64,000 nt of DNA from Caldisericia bacterium. Its GTDB lineage: Bacteria; Caldisericota; Caldisericia; JAAYUI01. The translations under genes and the position numbers were made by a program. Below are positions 61,856 to 64,000 of this stretch, piece after piece; position 1 is the first letter of the stretch, and every line of letters starts with the position of its first letter. The stretch is from positions 448,001-512,000 of the forward strand of contig OY771555.1 of the NCBI GenBank assembly GCA_963674785.1, written 5' to 3'. The notes beneath the pieces are model-generated. The model was given only the letters and a program-made list of their open reading frames with translations, did not search any database and was not told the origin of the DNA.

Positions 61856-63067
61856 CTACAACCTCAGAATAAAATCTGTCAGAGCCTCAGCTATCTCTGT
61901 GATCCTTTCGAAACTCACAATATCAAGGTTATCCTTTGGTGTATGGGTAATTTCTTGACTATCAATATTTTCTGTAAACCAAGCAGATGATACTGCAACA
62001 GCTGGGATTCCACTTTGAATAAAGATGCTATGATCTCCCTGATACCATTTGACACCCTCTTTTATTTTATCAAACTTTTGGAGGGTTTGATTCGCTTTTT
62101 TATGGATTTCTTCTGGTAAATCGTAGAATGAAAACGCAGATAACCCATCCTTGTATCCTGCCCCATCGATGTTGATGTTGAGCATTATGTCATCGGTTTT
62201 CTTCATGGACTTTTTGATGTATTCCATCTGACCTGAAACTGCATAATAGTCTTCACCGTTTAATGCCACGATCTCGATGAGTTTGTTGCCATCATAGTTT
62301 TTCAAAGTTTCTGCAAGGAGAAGCAGAATTGTAACCCCTGTTGCATTATCGATTGCCCCAGGTGTTCCTTTTTTTGCATCGATGTGTGCTGTGATGATTA
62401 TACGGTTGCCAGAAGGATTACCTGTTTTTGAAATTATATTTTCACCAGTTCCTGGGATTCTCTTTGATCTAGAAACAAGATTTATCTTTTCACCAGCAAA
62501 AGCAAGAAGATTCTTGCCATCTTCTTCTGTCATGAAAACTGACGGGATATCAAAGTCTCCATCCTCAATCAATGGGAATGGGTAAACACCACCGGCAAGG
62601 GCTGCGTTTCTTCCTGTTGCACAGATGATTGCCGTTGGTTTTTTCTCTTCAAGCAGGGATATGATTTTTTTGTGATGGTCGGGATTATAGAAAACAAAGT
62701 TTTTTGGCATGAGCTGTTCAGCCGCAATTCCACCGTGAAGAAGCACAATTTTTCCTGTCAAATCTTTTCTCTCTAGCTCTTTGATATTTGATACTGAGAC
62801 TAATTCGGCAACCCCATCAAAACCAAGAGAATACGGACTTGGACGGCAGTAAAATGATAATCCTGAAGCGGTTAGTTTTGCGCCATCCTCCCACCAATCG
62901 ATGGCATCAAATCCTTGGGTTGTGACATCACAACCCAAGGATTTTACTATGCTTTTAAAAAAATCGGTCGCTTCTCTGTTGCCAGGATTTCCAACCGAGC
63001 GGTCAGAAATCTCGCTGCAAAACTTTTTCATGTAAGCTTTTCCGTGACTCAAAAGTGTATGCTTCAA
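61856..63067 (-). CDS. M28 family aminopeptidase with PA domain
   Basis: AHID, PGAIDNATG, GED, NINID, GDH, HTPKD; start uncertain (TTG 63067 or ATG 63031). Confidence 0.88.
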   Translation of the reverse strand: MKHTLLSHGKAYMKKFCSEISDRSVGNPGNREATDFFKSIVKSLGCDVTTQGFDAIDWWEDGAKLTASGLSFYCRPSPYSLGFDGVAELVSVSNIKELERKDLTGKIVLLHGGIAAEQLMPKNFVFYNPDHHKKIISLLEEKKPTAIICATGRNAALAGGVYPFPLIEDGDFDIPSVFMTEEDGKNLLAFAGEKINLVSRSKRIPGTGENIISKTGNPSGNRIIITAHIDAKKGTPGAIDNATGVTILLLLAETLKNYDGNKLIEIVALNGEDYYAVSGQMEYIKKSMKKTDDIMLNINIDGAGYKDGLSAFSFYDLPEEIHKKANQTLQKFDKIKEGVKWYQGDHSIFIQSGIPAVAVSSAWFTENIDSQEITHTPKDNLDIVSFERITEIAEALTDFILRL

Positions 63068-63963
63068 GAAAGTGCCTTTCTTGCAAATTCGCAAATCTCA
63101 GCCAATGCCTGTTTTGCCTCAGGGAAGAGTGGCGACATGATTGGGAATGCATGCACCATGTTGTCCCACACTGTAAATGTAATATTAACTCCAGCATCGT
63201 GCGCTTTTTCAGCCAGATTTCTGCAATCATCGAGGTGTATTTCGTGTGAACCAACACAGATATAAAGTGGTGGAAATCCATCAAAATCCCCAAACTGAGG
63301 GGAGAGAATCGGGTCGGTTGGGTCAGAGTCTGCAATATACATCTCTGTCCACACCTTCCAGGAATTCATCGGTGCTATATCATTTTTAGCATTGTATGTG
63401 AATGATTCAGCCAAACACCTGAGGTCTGTTACAGGAGAGATAACAAATGCTGCTTTTGGGAGTGGAAGATTCTCACGTTTGACAAGGTGCAAAAGCGAAA
63501 GAGTAAGTGTTGCCCCGGCAGACTCTCCACCGACAACAATATCATCTGCTTTATACCCATTTTCAAGTAGCCACCTGTATGCCTTCAAACAGTCCTCCGG
63601 TGCTGCAGGGAAGGGGTGTTCTGGTGCTAGTCTGTAGTCAAAAAGAAGGCACTTAAGCCCACTTCCTTTTGCAAACTTTGCAACATGCATGCGGTGTGTG
63701 ACAATCGAACCAGAGATAAATCCTCCGCCATGGATATAGAGAAGAATCTTACCAGGGATTGGGTTTTCCGGAGTAATCCACTGCCCATTCATTCCGTTTA
63801 TGTCTACATTTTCTGTATTAACACTTTTTGGAAGCTTCATGCTCCCGACAGCTTTATCGATTTCATCTCGAAATCCCTGCACATCAAAATTCTCATCTAC
63901 AATCTTTTTTTGCTGTCTGTTTTTCAGAGCCCATAATAGTAGTCTTGATCTAAAGCTTTGCAT
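63064..63963 (-). CDS. HSL-family alpha/beta hydrolase (esterase/lipase)
   Basis: HGGGF, DYRLAPEHPFP, GESAG nucleophile, C-terminal MVHAF. Confidence 0.93.
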   Translation of the reverse strand: MQSFRSRLLLWALKNRQQKKIVDENFDVQGFRDEIDKAVGSMKLPKSVNTENVDINGMNGQWITPENPIPGKILLYIHGGGFISGSIVTHRMHVAKFAKGSGLKCLLFDYRLAPEHPFPAAPEDCLKAYRWLLENGYKADDIVVGGESAGATLTLSLLHLVKRENLPLPKAAFVISPVTDLRCLAESFTYNAKNDIAPMNSWKVWTEMYIADSDPTDPILSPQFGDFDGFPPLYICVGSHEIHLDDCRNLAEKAHDAGVNITFTVWDNMVHAFPIMSPLFPEAKQALAEICEFARKALS

Positions 63964-64000
63964 ATTTCATCCTTTCATCGTATCAGTGAACTGACAGAAT

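Overview
AT-rich bacterial chromosomal window; the gene content (copper-amine-oxidase-N 'stalk' domains, hcp, hypE, GerMN, SpoIIIAA/Ycf45-like ATPase) suggests an anaerobe such as a Caldisericia-like lineage, which is inference only. Bases 1-39 kb are mostly tandem paralogous secreted beta-propeller/repeat proteins, interrupted by an Rrf2-ferredoxin-hcp operon with a perfect 24-bp operator palindrome and by katG. tRNA-Tyr(GTA) at 39314-39399 is followed by four head-to-tail degenerate full-length tRNA-Tyr copies (A-B-A-B, 124/125-bp period) and a REP/REPIN-like cluster. The right part has three paralogous V4R/H-NOX-like small genes, an orphan hypE, proS, pyrG, uvrA, peptidases, and a SIR2-like (DUF4917-type) gene enclosed by perfect 26-bp dRS3-like inverted repeats. 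Five accessory surface/membrane genes carry single lesions, while the housekeeping genes are intact. No CRISPR, integrase, transposase or reverse transcriptase was seen. All family calls come from reading motifs by eye; no searches were run.
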